Below are positions 50,466 through 61,159 of a DNA stretch of 64,000 bases, piece after piece. The DNA comes from Azolla caroliniana (Eukaryota; Plantae; Polypodiophyta). Made by a program: the position numbers and the translations under genes. Numbering within the stretch: position 1 is the first letter of the stretch; every line of letters begins with the position of its first letter. The DNA is taken from positions 14,074,001-14,138,000 of the forward strand of contig JBHGNT010000010.1 of assembly GCA_043228905.1 (NCBI GenBank), written 5' to 3'. The notes beneath the pieces are model-generated. The model worked only from the letters and a program-made list of their open reading frames with translations, was not told where the DNA came from and searched no databases.

Positions 50466-52009
50466 ACGCCACGGGAGTTGGATGCCAGGTGGTTCGAGGA
50501 GGGGGTAGACTACGGGGTGGTCCCACCCTCGAGTGGGGGTGGGGTTTGCGGCCGCCCAAGTAGACATCTTATCGCGGTAAACATGGGGGTAAAGGAAGAT
50601 GTCGACTTGGGGTTCGGAGGCGACTTCGGGGTAATAGGTGTAGAGGCGGGTGAGGGGTAGGGGGGTCTCACAGAAATCAAACTCCCAGGGGATGGGGGCG
50701 ATAGATTGATTATCAAGGCGAGTGTCCCAACCTGTACCACATTCGATGCAATCAAGGGCTGTTTGGAGGCTGTGGGTGAGTTGGTAACGGTCGACCAAAT
50801 CAGCGTAGAAGGCCGCAACGTTGAATCGGGCGCTCGGGTCGTGGAGTAGTGGAGGTGTAGTGAAGATGGGGGGGGGTGAGTTATTGGTGGAGCATGAGGT
50901 GGGCGAGGGGGTGGTTGAAAGGGAGGGCTTTGCGGAGGATGACATATGTGAATGTCCGACCGGGGTGGGTGATGACCCGTGTTTGGAGGGGGAAAGGGTC
51001 GGGTGGCGGGGGGGGATGGGGGTGGACCAAGGGGGGTGTGCGAAAGGGGTTGTCACCGAACATGGGGTGTGTGTGGTTGGGGACGTGGCATTCGTTGAGG
51101 TGAGGGTGTGGAGGGGAGTGGCAAGGGGGGGAGGTGGTGGAGGTGGTGGGGGGCTTGGAGGCGGGGAGGAGGTATGGTGAGTGTGAGGAGGTGGTTGGGT
51201 GTCAGGATCATCAGGTGAGTTGTGGTCCCACTCCAGGTTGATCTCCGGGGGGGGGGGGGGGGGTGCGGGGGTAGGAGGGCACGGGCACGAGCCTCATCGA
51301 ACGTCATGAGTTGATACTCACGAGAGACGTCGAGGTATAGGGCTAACTCTGGTATGTCGTCAGCCTCGAGGTCAGTGGGCCAGTTGAATGTGGCGTATTC
51401 GATGCTGAATATGTGAGTACGAACCCCGACATCCTAGGCGGTTTGCCAAGCGCGTATTAGCCAGAGGAAACCGAAAGGGGGCACAGAGGTCTTAGCGCTC
51501 TCCAACAGGGTGCGGGTGAGGGTGTCGGCGATGTGGTGTAAGCGCACCAGCGTTGTGAAGAGGTGGGCTAGCTGGTCTTCAATGACTTGCATCGTGACAT
51601 CAAAAGGGTAGGTGAAATAGACCAGATCGGAGATGTCTAAGTCTGGGGTGATGGTGGTGTGTAGGTAGGCCATGCCTTCGAGAAACAAAATAGGGAGATG
51701 TTGGGGGAAGAGGTCGTCGGCTGGGGGGGAGGGTTCTTCGATGGCTTCCTGGTACAACATGAAGAGGGCGAGGGCGTGGTTGTTTTCAGGGAGCACTCGG
51801 ATGAAGGTATGCCGGTCTGGGGGGGTGGCATCGTCAAAGAATACGCAACGCGTGGCTACCAGCGACCGAAGGACACACGTGGCTGGGGTCAGAAGGTTAC
51901 GCGGTGTACGTGGTGTAGTGAAAAGTTCGGAGAGCAGTAATGTCGAGGTCACATACACCGAGAGTACCTGAATCTTATTCAGAGTGCCGGGCAAGGTAAG
52001 GGGAGGTGT

Positions 52010-54042
52010 CTAAATGGTGGAGGGGCCCATCGTGTCGGGGTTGAGGGCATGTTCGAGGGCGGTTTTGGTCGTGCGGAGTTCAATGATGTCCTTTTTGAGG
52101 TCGGCGCACTGGTGGTGGTGTTTGATGAGGAGTCATCTGTTCCGTTCATTGGCGACCTCGACTTGGTGAACCATAGCGTCATGTTCGGCCTTGAGGGTTG
52201 TAATCTCGCTCTTGAGTCTGTGAGTTCTGGCAGTGGCAGTGGCCAGAGCCTCGGACCGTTCGAAGAGGTCATCCGTCACGGCTGCGAGGTGGGACTCGGT
52301 CTATTGGTGTTGGGTGGTGAGACGGACGTACTCGGCAAAGAGTTCGGTGTGTGTTTGTGCCGCACGTTCCTGGTCATGGTGCCACGTTGTTCGGGCTTGT
52401 TGGAACTCATCAACGAATTGTTGGTGTCGGGTTGTGTCGCCAGCAGCTCTTGCTTGAGGAGGTCGTGGGTGGCCGCTTGGCATGCGTTGGTATGGAGGGC
52501 ACTCCTCACTTCGGCAGCCAAGATCTCATTTCGTGTAGAGGTCTCGTGCTGATCGGTGGCGGTCTGTTGGGCCTGTGCATGGACTTGAAGTAGGCGATGG
52601 TTCACGATATAAGTCATCTTGAGGAGGTCGGCCACCATGTCGGCTAAGGGTTTGGGGGGGTTGGCGAGGGACGGGTTATCGTGGGTGGTGACGGTAGTGA
52701 GCGGGGTAGAGCAGGGAATGAAGGCCGGGTGGGGTGGTGGTGGGGTTGTCATCTGGTCAAGAGCGATGGTGGGTTGAAGGGTGATGATCGGGCTTGTGGG
52801 CGATTGTAGGTTGGGGTTCTCGGGAGGACGGAGGGGGTTTTCAGTGTCGGGGGCATTGTGATGGGCGAGTTTACGGGGTCGAGGTTGCGGTGTGTCGTCG
52901 GTGGTCATGGGTCGTGGATTGCGCCAGGGGGGGGTGGGGGTTCTCGGGGCAGAGAGGTTGGCGAGGTGGGAGGAGGTGGGGCTGCCAGGTTCCGTTGATC
53001 ACGAAAGATTGATTCGGTTGTGCAACTGCAGGTAACGCGGGGTCGTGGTTGTGGTCTAATGTGACACATAGTGGAAGGTAGTAGACAAGACCTGGATTTC
53101 GGTGGGAGTGAATTCGCGTGTCTGGAATTCCTTGACACGATTTGTGATATCCTCGAGGGTGTCGAGGGTAACTTTAGCCGTCACGTGGGTGATTGGGGGT
53201 TGTTTGTGCACCAGTGGCCATTCATGTTCGCCTTGGTGTACCTGTCTTAAGAAGTCGCGTTCGGGGATGCGGAGTCACTCGGGTTGGCCCGATACAGCTA
53301 TCTTGCGGTGTCGTTCCTAACAGCGTATGAAGGAAGGGGTTGGGGGTCGGATGTTGAAGTTTGTGCACAAGTAACAGGTGAGGAACCACGCGAAATTGAC
53401 TACCGATTTGGGCCGTGTGTGCCATTCTCAGACCCGGCGAACAACCTCATGAGCCCACTGGACCGGTTGAGGATCATGTGCCCACTTGAGGAACTCGCCG
53501 GTGATGCGGGCGGTGGCATCGGTAGATGCAATGTCGCCGATCTGGGCAATCGTGCTACAACGGTCATGGAGGTGGGGGGGGATTTCGGTGTAACGCCAAC
53601 CTTCGTGTCCAGAATATTCAGCATGGGCGGTGGGAATGATGCCGAGGAAGACCCCATGGGTCTTCGTGGTGCGGAAGGGGATGTCATCTAGTGGTAAATG
53701 CAGCGTAGCGCAAACATCGGCGACAATGAACTGGAATTCAACGGAGGGGGAATCCGCAAAAGCATGCATATTGACGTGGCTTGTGTTGGGGTTGTACTCG
53801 GTGAGGAATCGGTTGACCAACTTGGTTAGGACGCCCCACGGGCCAATCCCGAGGAAGAACTTGAGGCCGAGTCGGGAAAGGGTGTCGAACACATCGGGTT
53901 AGAGGTACTTGAGCTGCGTGGTGGCCATGGGGACCCGGTAAGTACATTGGGTGTTGTTGAACACCACCGGAATGACTAAGGAACCGGAACCTGCGTCGAG
54001 GTAGTACGCGTGGAGGAGTTTGATAAATTGAGGAGACGTCAT
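52010..54042 (-). pseudogene. Gypsy-G extra ORF X: PMD/Transposase_32-like N-terminus, Pro-rich linker, C-terminal coiled coil
   Basis: ATG at 54042 just after a strong acceptor; LSRLGLKFFL..LVNRFLTEYNPNT..EFQFIVADVCATLHLP resembles the plant-mobile-domain motif; heptad-like tail LKSEITTLKAEHDAM; several in-frame stops. Confidence 0.6.
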
Positions 54043-54167
54043 CGTTTGCCACCTGTGGGGAAAAGATTAGTATAGTTAAATTGGGTGAACAAATCCTTAT
54101 TGGCAGGGTGGAGGGATTGGGATTTGAAAGGGTAGCGGGTAGGATATCTCTTCGGGCCGGTGAGAGG

Positions 54168-54391
54168 TTCGAACAAGGGTTAGGTTGTTCGAGGAGTTAG
54201 GCTCCTCGAACAAGGGTTAGGTTGTTCGAAGAGTAAGACTCCTCAAACCGGTTGGGGGTTCGAGGAGTTAGGCTCCTTGAACAAGGGTTAGGTTGTTCTA
54301 GGAGTTAGACTCCTCGAACATGTGGGGGGTTCGAGGAGTTAAGCTCCTTGAACCAGGGTTAGGTTGTTCGAGGAGTTAAGCTCCTCGAACC
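54168..54391. repeat. Tandem array of about 6 palindromic units GTTCGAGGAG-TTAGG-CTCCTCGAAC with two linker types
   Basis: Directly visible repeats; linkers AAGGGTTAGGTT versus CGGTTGGGG/ATGTGGGGG. Confidence 0.9.
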
Positions 54392-55263
54392 AGTGTGAAA
54401 ACAAAACGACGAGGCCGCGTGCGAAGTGGCCCATTAACGGCCAACGATGTGAGGAGGTGTGGAAACGACGTGGCCACCGTCATGGCCGCCACGGGGGGAA
54501 CGAAAAAAACGACGAGGTTGTGTGGCCCGTTAATGGCTAGTGACATGAAGGGAGGAAACAACATGTTCGCCGTCATGCCCGCCGCAGAGGGACGAAGTGC
54601 ATGGCATTGGCGTGGACTGGCGCAGGCGGGAAGGCAAACGGAGGAATGAAAAGCAGCAGGCGGGAGATGTGGAGGCGAAAAGGCAAAGAGGAGGCCTACC
54701 CAAGGAGTAGGTAGTCCAAGCGTGCAGAAGACGAGGCGGCGGCCGGAGCAAGTGACGTGCGAGGTAAGAGTGGGAGCGCCGAGGGTGGAGGGGGGAGTGC
54801 ACCAAACACAGGGATAGTTGTGAGGGGGTGGTGGAAGGAAAGGTTGTGAGGGGGAAGAAGAAAAAGTGTTGCAGAAAACGGAGAGGGTCGTGAGAGGGAG
54901 GGGGAAAACAAGAAAAAAGAACAGTTAAAAAAAGAGGGAGAGAGGGGGGGAGAGGAAAAAAGGAACGAACCAAGGCAACAAGGGGACAAACAAGGTTTGT
55001 ATGTGGATGGTGGGGTTGAACGGGGGTCCACAGGGAGTGTCGTGAGGGTTTGGGGCAATTTCAATGAATTCTCAAAAGGTTTGAGGGGGTGAATGTGGGG
55101 GGAGTGTCGCTCGAGTATCATCCGAGGATCCAGGCCCGTGATGTTTAAGGACCCAGACCCATGACATATTTGTCAAAGGGATGGGGAGGGTTTGTGAAGC
55201 CCTTCTATGGGGTGTTCGGCCTCGTAGTTGTTTAGGCTTGTCGATTTCTATGACCTTAACCTA

Positions 55264-56030
55264 TGACGGGAACTACAATGCTCCTTATGCGCAACGCTTG
55301 GCCACAACCAAGCTTAGAATGATACACAGAAAACGGGAGATAAAACACGACAAGAAGAAGAGGAAGATACACAGGAGGTTTACGTGGAAAACCCCAAACT
55401 AGGGGAAAAACCACGGCAGCCCATAGGCTGCAAACTGTCACTATGTAAGAATATACAACAGTGAGTTCACTGAGGCACCGACCTCGTGCTCACAGATCTT
55501 CCCCACAGGCGGCGGTTACAACAGAGGCAACGACCTCTTTCTCTCTCTCTCTCTCTCTGTACAGTTATGCACACTGATCTCGTGCAAAACAGAAAATGAC
55601 AACTACAACAGTTACTAAAAGTTTGCCCTAAGTCATATTTATACTAATATGACTTTTCGGCTATTTACAAATATAGCCTCGATGGACTCTCAGAAACATA
55701 TTTACGAATATGTCTCTTCATCCGGTTCTCACCGGGCCTGCACCATCCGGCTCTCCGTAGCCGGGTACTCCTCATCCGGTTCATACCGGGTCTGCACCAT
55801 CCGGCTCTCCGTAGCCGGGTACTCCTCATCCGGTTCTCACCGGGCCTACACCATCCGGCTCTCCGTAGCTGGGTACTCATCCGGTTCATACCGGGTCTGC
55901 ACCATCCGGCTCTCCGTAGCCGGGTACTCCTCATCCGGTTCATACCGGGTCGACACCATCCGGCTCTCCGTAGCTTGTTCCTCAGCACTGTTCTTCTCCC
56001 TTCCCATCCGAAGGGACCTGTCTCCCAACA
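55264..56030 (-). mobile_element. Solo LTR of the Copia-D family, TSD ACCTA
   Basis: Homologous to Copia-D LTRs, TG...CA ends, ACCTA at 55259-55263 and 56031-56035, no PBS or PPT, about five 54-bp repeats. Confidence 0.92.
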
Positions 56031-56317
56031 ACCTAGGCGGGATATTTCACCGATGTGTGCGATTTTCGGGTGTCCCATGCAAGCGTGGTACGATCGCGAC
56101 TGGGGAGCCGACTTCATTTCGGAACCCAGAAGCTAGTGGCGCCTTTGTGCCAACCTTGTGTAGTTGTGAGTGTTTTTCTGACTCGCCAAATGGCAGGTTC
56201 TCCACAGCGCGGTCCTTCAGCGAAAACCGCATAGACGTTCACCCATTCACGTGGTTTGGGTGTCCATGTTCTGATGTTAGCGTCGCGTTGGTCATGGATG
56301 GCTAGTGGGTGTTGGTG

Positions 56318-59300
56318 TTATGTTTGGTTGGTCAACTTTGCGCCTTGGGGTTCATCGAGGCCAGCGGGGCGTGATTCGAGTGTTGTTGCAATGAGGTTCT
56401 CAGACCTCACCCCATTTCCCGTTTGGAAGGAGACGATGTGCTTCCTGGGCAATAGGAGACATTCGCTTATGTGACACCAATCTAGACCGAGGAGGCATTG
56501 TGTGTACATCACTTTGGGTGGGAGTACTCGAACTCGAATTGAGTGGTCATTGTATTCTGTCTTGATGTTACACACGAAGGTTCCAAGGCAGCATGATGTG
56601 AAACCATCGAAGCCACGGATATTGTCGTTGCACACTTCGAGGTCTAGGCAACCTAGATGTCCCCATGTTTCGAAGGAGAAAAGGTTTAGTGATGCTCATG
56701 TGTCGATTACCGTTGTCAAAGGTATGTCGTCGACGCAACACTGTAGTTGTATTGCTCCTTCATTAGAGTTGACCACCTTAGCCATGGCTGCTGGATGGGT
56801 GTGCCCTTGTCGCTTCAATTTCGCATTGTGAAGGTCGGTTTCGAGCCGGGCCATTCGGCCTTCGAAGGCCTTAAGTTTGGCTTCTACTTCTCGTTGCCAA
56901 GTTGCGAGTAGAGCCTCGAGGGTGAGGGGTCCGTAGTAACGTTTGAGCTTGCTCCCATTGATGAATCCGGGGATGTCGAGGCCTTCGAGCGTGCGTAGGC
57001 GACATGCTCCTATCTTGGTAATCTCTAAGACCACATATGGGCCGTCACCACGTAATTTAAGCTTCTTCTTGTGTCGTTGAGAGGCGAATTTGAGGGCCAT
57101 GTCTCCTTCAACGAGATCTTTGTTCCTTACTTTATTGTCGTGCCACGCCTTTCTATTGGCTTTCTCTACCAAGAGTGCTTGGAATGCGAGAAGGCAAGTT
57201 TTGGTCAGCCGTTCTAGGTTCTCTAGATGTGACGGGAGGGGGTCCCCATCCCATCGTTCTTGTACAGCTATCCTGAGGCTGGGGACCAGGAACTCGATGG
57301 ATAATACTGCTTCTTGTCCATACACTAGTTTGAATGGTGTGTGGCGAGTTGCGACTTTGTAGGAAGTACGGAAAGCCCATAACGCCGCTTGGAGTTTGGT
57401 GCTCCAATCAGACCGTGAGGCGGCGATTATCTTTGTGAGCACTGCACATAACACCTTATTCGTGCTTTCCGCTTGTCCATTGCATCAAGGGTAATAAGGA
57501 GACCTCTTGCGGTGTGTCACCATAAATTCGCCTAGTAGATGTGCTATCACTTCGTTGAGGAAATGAGAGCCTTGATCGCTAATGATTTCGAGCGGACATC
57601 CAAACCGTGCTATGACATTTTCATATAGGAATTTGGCAGTGCTACGCGCGTCCGCTTTAACGCAAGCTTTAGCTTCTACCCACTTGGTAGCGTAGTCAGT
57701 GGCGGTTATTATGTATCGATTGAGGTTGGAAGCTGGGCTAATTGGGCCGATAAAGTCGATACCCCATTTCTCGAATGGTTGTCATGCCACCACCAGGTTT
57801 AACGTATTGAAATCCGCTTTTAGTGGGTGTTTGAAATATTGGCACTCGTCACAACGGTGTACATACTCGTATGTGTCTTTGAAGAGTGTTGGCCACCATA
57901 GGCCGGACTGGAGGATCTTGCGTGCGGTGACCTCATGATTGAAATGACCACTTCCACTTCCGCAAAGAGCTTGTTCGAGGGTGGCGACGACATCGTGGTT
58001 TGTTACACACCTCCGAAGTAGATCGTCGTTACCACATCGGTACAAGTTGCCTCTGAGCATCGTGAAGGAGCCACATTTCTTTAACAAGACACGTGTGTGT
58101 GCCCAGGGTAGTTGTTTTAGGAAGGACGCTCCTTCAATTAGGACGCGAACAATGTTTGATGCCCATGCTGGTACGGTGTCGATCGTGAATAATGTTGCAT
58201 CTGGTGTTTCATCATCGACCCTAGTGGCTTCTTCTCCGTTGGGTATCCGGGATAAATGATCGGTTAGTACATGGTCTTTTCCTTTTCTCACCACTACCTT
58301 GAAGTCAAACTTGAGTAACGTTACGATCCATCGTGAGATGAGTCCGGTGGCATGAGTTTTGTTTACCAAGTAGAGTAGGGCTTGATGATCTACAAAAAAC
58401 GAGAACCGTGACGCCAAGAGGTAGTGGCGGAATTTTTTACGTTGTAAACCATGGCCAAAGCTTCTCGTTCCGTCGTGGAGTAATTTCGTTCCGTGGCGTT
58501 TAGTTGGTGACTAGCGAAGGTGATCGGCAGGTCGAGTGCCCCTTCGTCGGGTTGACCTAGCACTGCACCAATCACGAAGGCGGAAGCGTCGGTGTGAACG
58601 TGGAATTCTTTGGTCCAATCTAGGGGCCAGAGGATGGGGGCCTTAGTTAGGCACTCTTTCAAGAGCTTGAAGGAGTGTGTGCATTTTTCTGTCCAAGCGT
58701 ACTGCTTTAGTAGGGCGTAGAGCGGTTTGGCCTTGTCTGCGAACATCTTAATGAAGTGTCTTTAGTAACCTGCGTATCCCATGAACCCTTGTAGTCATTT
58801 CTCGTTCGTGGGAGGTGGCATGTTGAGGATGAGTTTTACTTTTGCCTCATCGGTTGAGATCCCATGGCGGGACACAACGTGCCCTAATATTAATTCGTGC
58901 TTGACCCAGAACTAACACTTGAGTCGGTTGAGAGAGAGTTGATAGGCCCTGCATTTTTTGAACATCAAGCGTAGTAGCGACAAGTGGTCATACCATTTCG
59001 AATGGTAGCATAAGCCGTCAACATAAGACTCCACCCCTTGTCGTAACCTTGCTGCGAAAATATGGTCCGCCGCTCTTTGGTAGGTGCTCAAGGCACTCGT
59101 GAGTCCAAAAGGCATCTGCTTATATGCGAACGTACCAAATTCGGTGGCGAAGGCGGTCTTGTGTTGATCCTCAGGTACCACCGAGATTTGGTTGTACCCC
59201 GAGAACCTGTCGATGAAGCTATAAGCTTCGGCTCCCGCGATTCTTTCGAGTAGATGCTCGATGTAGGGTACCGAGTAGTTGTCCTTGATAGTTTCTTCGT

Positions 59301-61159
59301 TAACTTGGCGATAGTCGACACATGCAGATTTGGCCGTTTTTCTTCGGGACGACTACAATCGGGGAGACCCAAGTAGTTCATTCGATTGGGTAGATGATGC
59401 CTGCAGCCAACATTTTGTTGATTTCGGCTTTTACTTGTTAGGCGTAGTTACGGTTCATTGAGCGCGGCCTTTGCCGGATTGGGCGGGCGTCGGCTCGCAT
59501 GGGGATACTATGGGTGACGACCTCAGCTAGGACCCCCTTCATATCGACGTACGACCATGCGAACACATCGCTAAATTCTGTGAGGAGGGTGATCAAAGAC
59601 GTCTCCTTGTCCGACTGGAGATTTGTGGCTATGAACACTGGTTTGGAGTCCGTCCCTTTCACGAGGTTGATTTCTTTCACCCTTGCTGGTCCATTGTAGA
59701 CCTCTCCTAGGCTTTGAGGGGTGCGTTATGGTCTCTTACAAGCCGTTGCCCAATTCTCTTGTTCATAAAGTTTGAATTGCTCTAGGAAGTCCACTTTTGT
59801 CGAGGTCTTCTGAGTGGTCGTGGCGTCACTTGGACGTGTGACTCGTTGTGCTAGGTCTTCGTCCTTTACGTCTACTTGTTTTCGTTGGGGTACGAGGGTG
59901 GTGACGTTAAAGCAAGAGATTATGTCTCCATCCTCGTGACAACACTTTGTACCTATAGGGTACATTGTGTCGCTCGTGGCGAGAGCGTGTACCCAATTCA
60001 TCTCTGACGTCTCAGAAGCTATGGATTGGTCGTCTCTCTCTCTTACATTCTCCTCTTTGGAATTGGTGGGTTTTTGGGGGAATGGTTGGCCCCTAGCTAA
60101 AAGTTGAACTGTTTTTGTGGGGTTGCACGCTAGGAGGTTGGTCTCAAACTCGGTGGTTTCTGACCAATCGTCCACGAGAGGGTTGCCTTCTTGTTCATGC
60201 ACTTTTTGTATGTATGCTTTGATGCGGAAGGTTTTGTTGTCTTTACGCATATAGATTATATCGTTCCCAAAATCCATTACCAGGCGGCTTATACGTAGGA
60301 ATGGTCTTCCAAGTAAGTACTCGTAGGCCACATGGTTGGATGATCTTGTGACGACGAAGGTGAGATTGAACTTCACTCCATGGATAGTGAAGTGATGCAC
60401 AGGGATCATTCCTTCCGGCCTTTGTATGGACCCATCTGCCATTTGTAGTTTGACATCTGAAGGAAGCATTTTTGGGCTCCCCCATTTACACCAACATTCG
60501 TAGTTGACGATACTTACCCCTACTCCGATGTCAATGATTGCGTCACACGTCTTACCATTGACACAGATGGGTAGAGTGAAACTAGTATCGTCGCTCTCGA
60601 AGTGAGCTTCACGTATATCGATTGGTGGTCCTTCGGGTTGCTTGAGGATTGTGGACGTATGAGGAGCGTGGGTGTGTATCCTTTCGCCATACCCTGCTGA
60701 TAAGCTACCATTGAGGCATCGAAGGACGTCGTGCCACGGTTGGATGTCAAGTTTGAGTAGTTCTTCGAGCGTGAACTCTATCTCCTTGGCAAGTAGCGGT
60801 CGTAGTCGGGGGTTGTCGGCTACGAAGGTGCCAGTGTAGCTCTGCACTTCGCGTAATGTGAGTCGTAATCTTAAATTTAAGATTTGCTGGAGCAAGGCTG
60901 TGTTGACCTCTTTGGTTAGGGTAGGATGGCAGGTGGGGGTGTCGATTGATGTGACGACGGGGGGAGGTGAGGGGTTTACCCATTCTTCGAGTTGGTCAAA
61001 GTTTAAGCTTGGGGGACTAAGTGATTTTTCAAACTGTTCGTGGCGTATGAGTTTAATGTATTCTTCAACCTTTTGTTTCTTAGCTACTGGGTTTGGGTAT
61101 GCCGTTAGGTGTGCCAGTAGCTCTAGGTTAGGGTTGACGGGTAATGTTTCTATGTCTCC
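56318..61159 (-). pseudogene. Gypsy-G pol: protease - RT - RNase H - integrase - coiled coil - second protease
   Basis: PR IIDIGVG..LLGRPFL; RT KTAFATEFG and YVDGL; RNase H HTDASA and TTEREALA; INT GHF..CDECQ, ALWAFRT, GPYVV; then VIDT*ASLN..IRGFDG..LLGLDW. Confidence 0.88.

Larger units (their letters stand above)
40688..51994 (-). pseudogene. Gypsy-G extra ORF Y (unknown protein with Pro-rich linker), split by two nested elements: 51994-50466, 46892-46748, 41254-40688
   Basis: ORF 51434-51994 reads through a single TAG in frame into ORF 51307; text joins across TSD ACGC as QLPWR|FPWFEHASF; a few stops and frameshifts. Confidence 0.6.
40143..61159 (-). mobile_element. Large non-chromovirus Ty3/gypsy (Gypsy-G): pol plus about 6 kb of native 3' accessory region; 3' LTR about 40143-40634; 5' part displaced by chromovirus insertion
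   Basis: PPT TTAGGTTGGGGGGGA immediately before TGTT at 40634; pol remnants at 56318-61159; sequence joins across the TSDs of three nested insertions; left LTR boundary uncertain (40088 or 40143). Confidence 0.78.

Noticed and set aside
54168-54391. CRISPR-like palindromic repeat array
   Set aside because: Linkers are only 9-12 bp and themselves repeated, there are no cas genes and the context is a plant retroelement
55649-56305. 218-aa repetitive ORF
   Set aside because: Arises from 54-bp (in-frame) LTR tandem repeats
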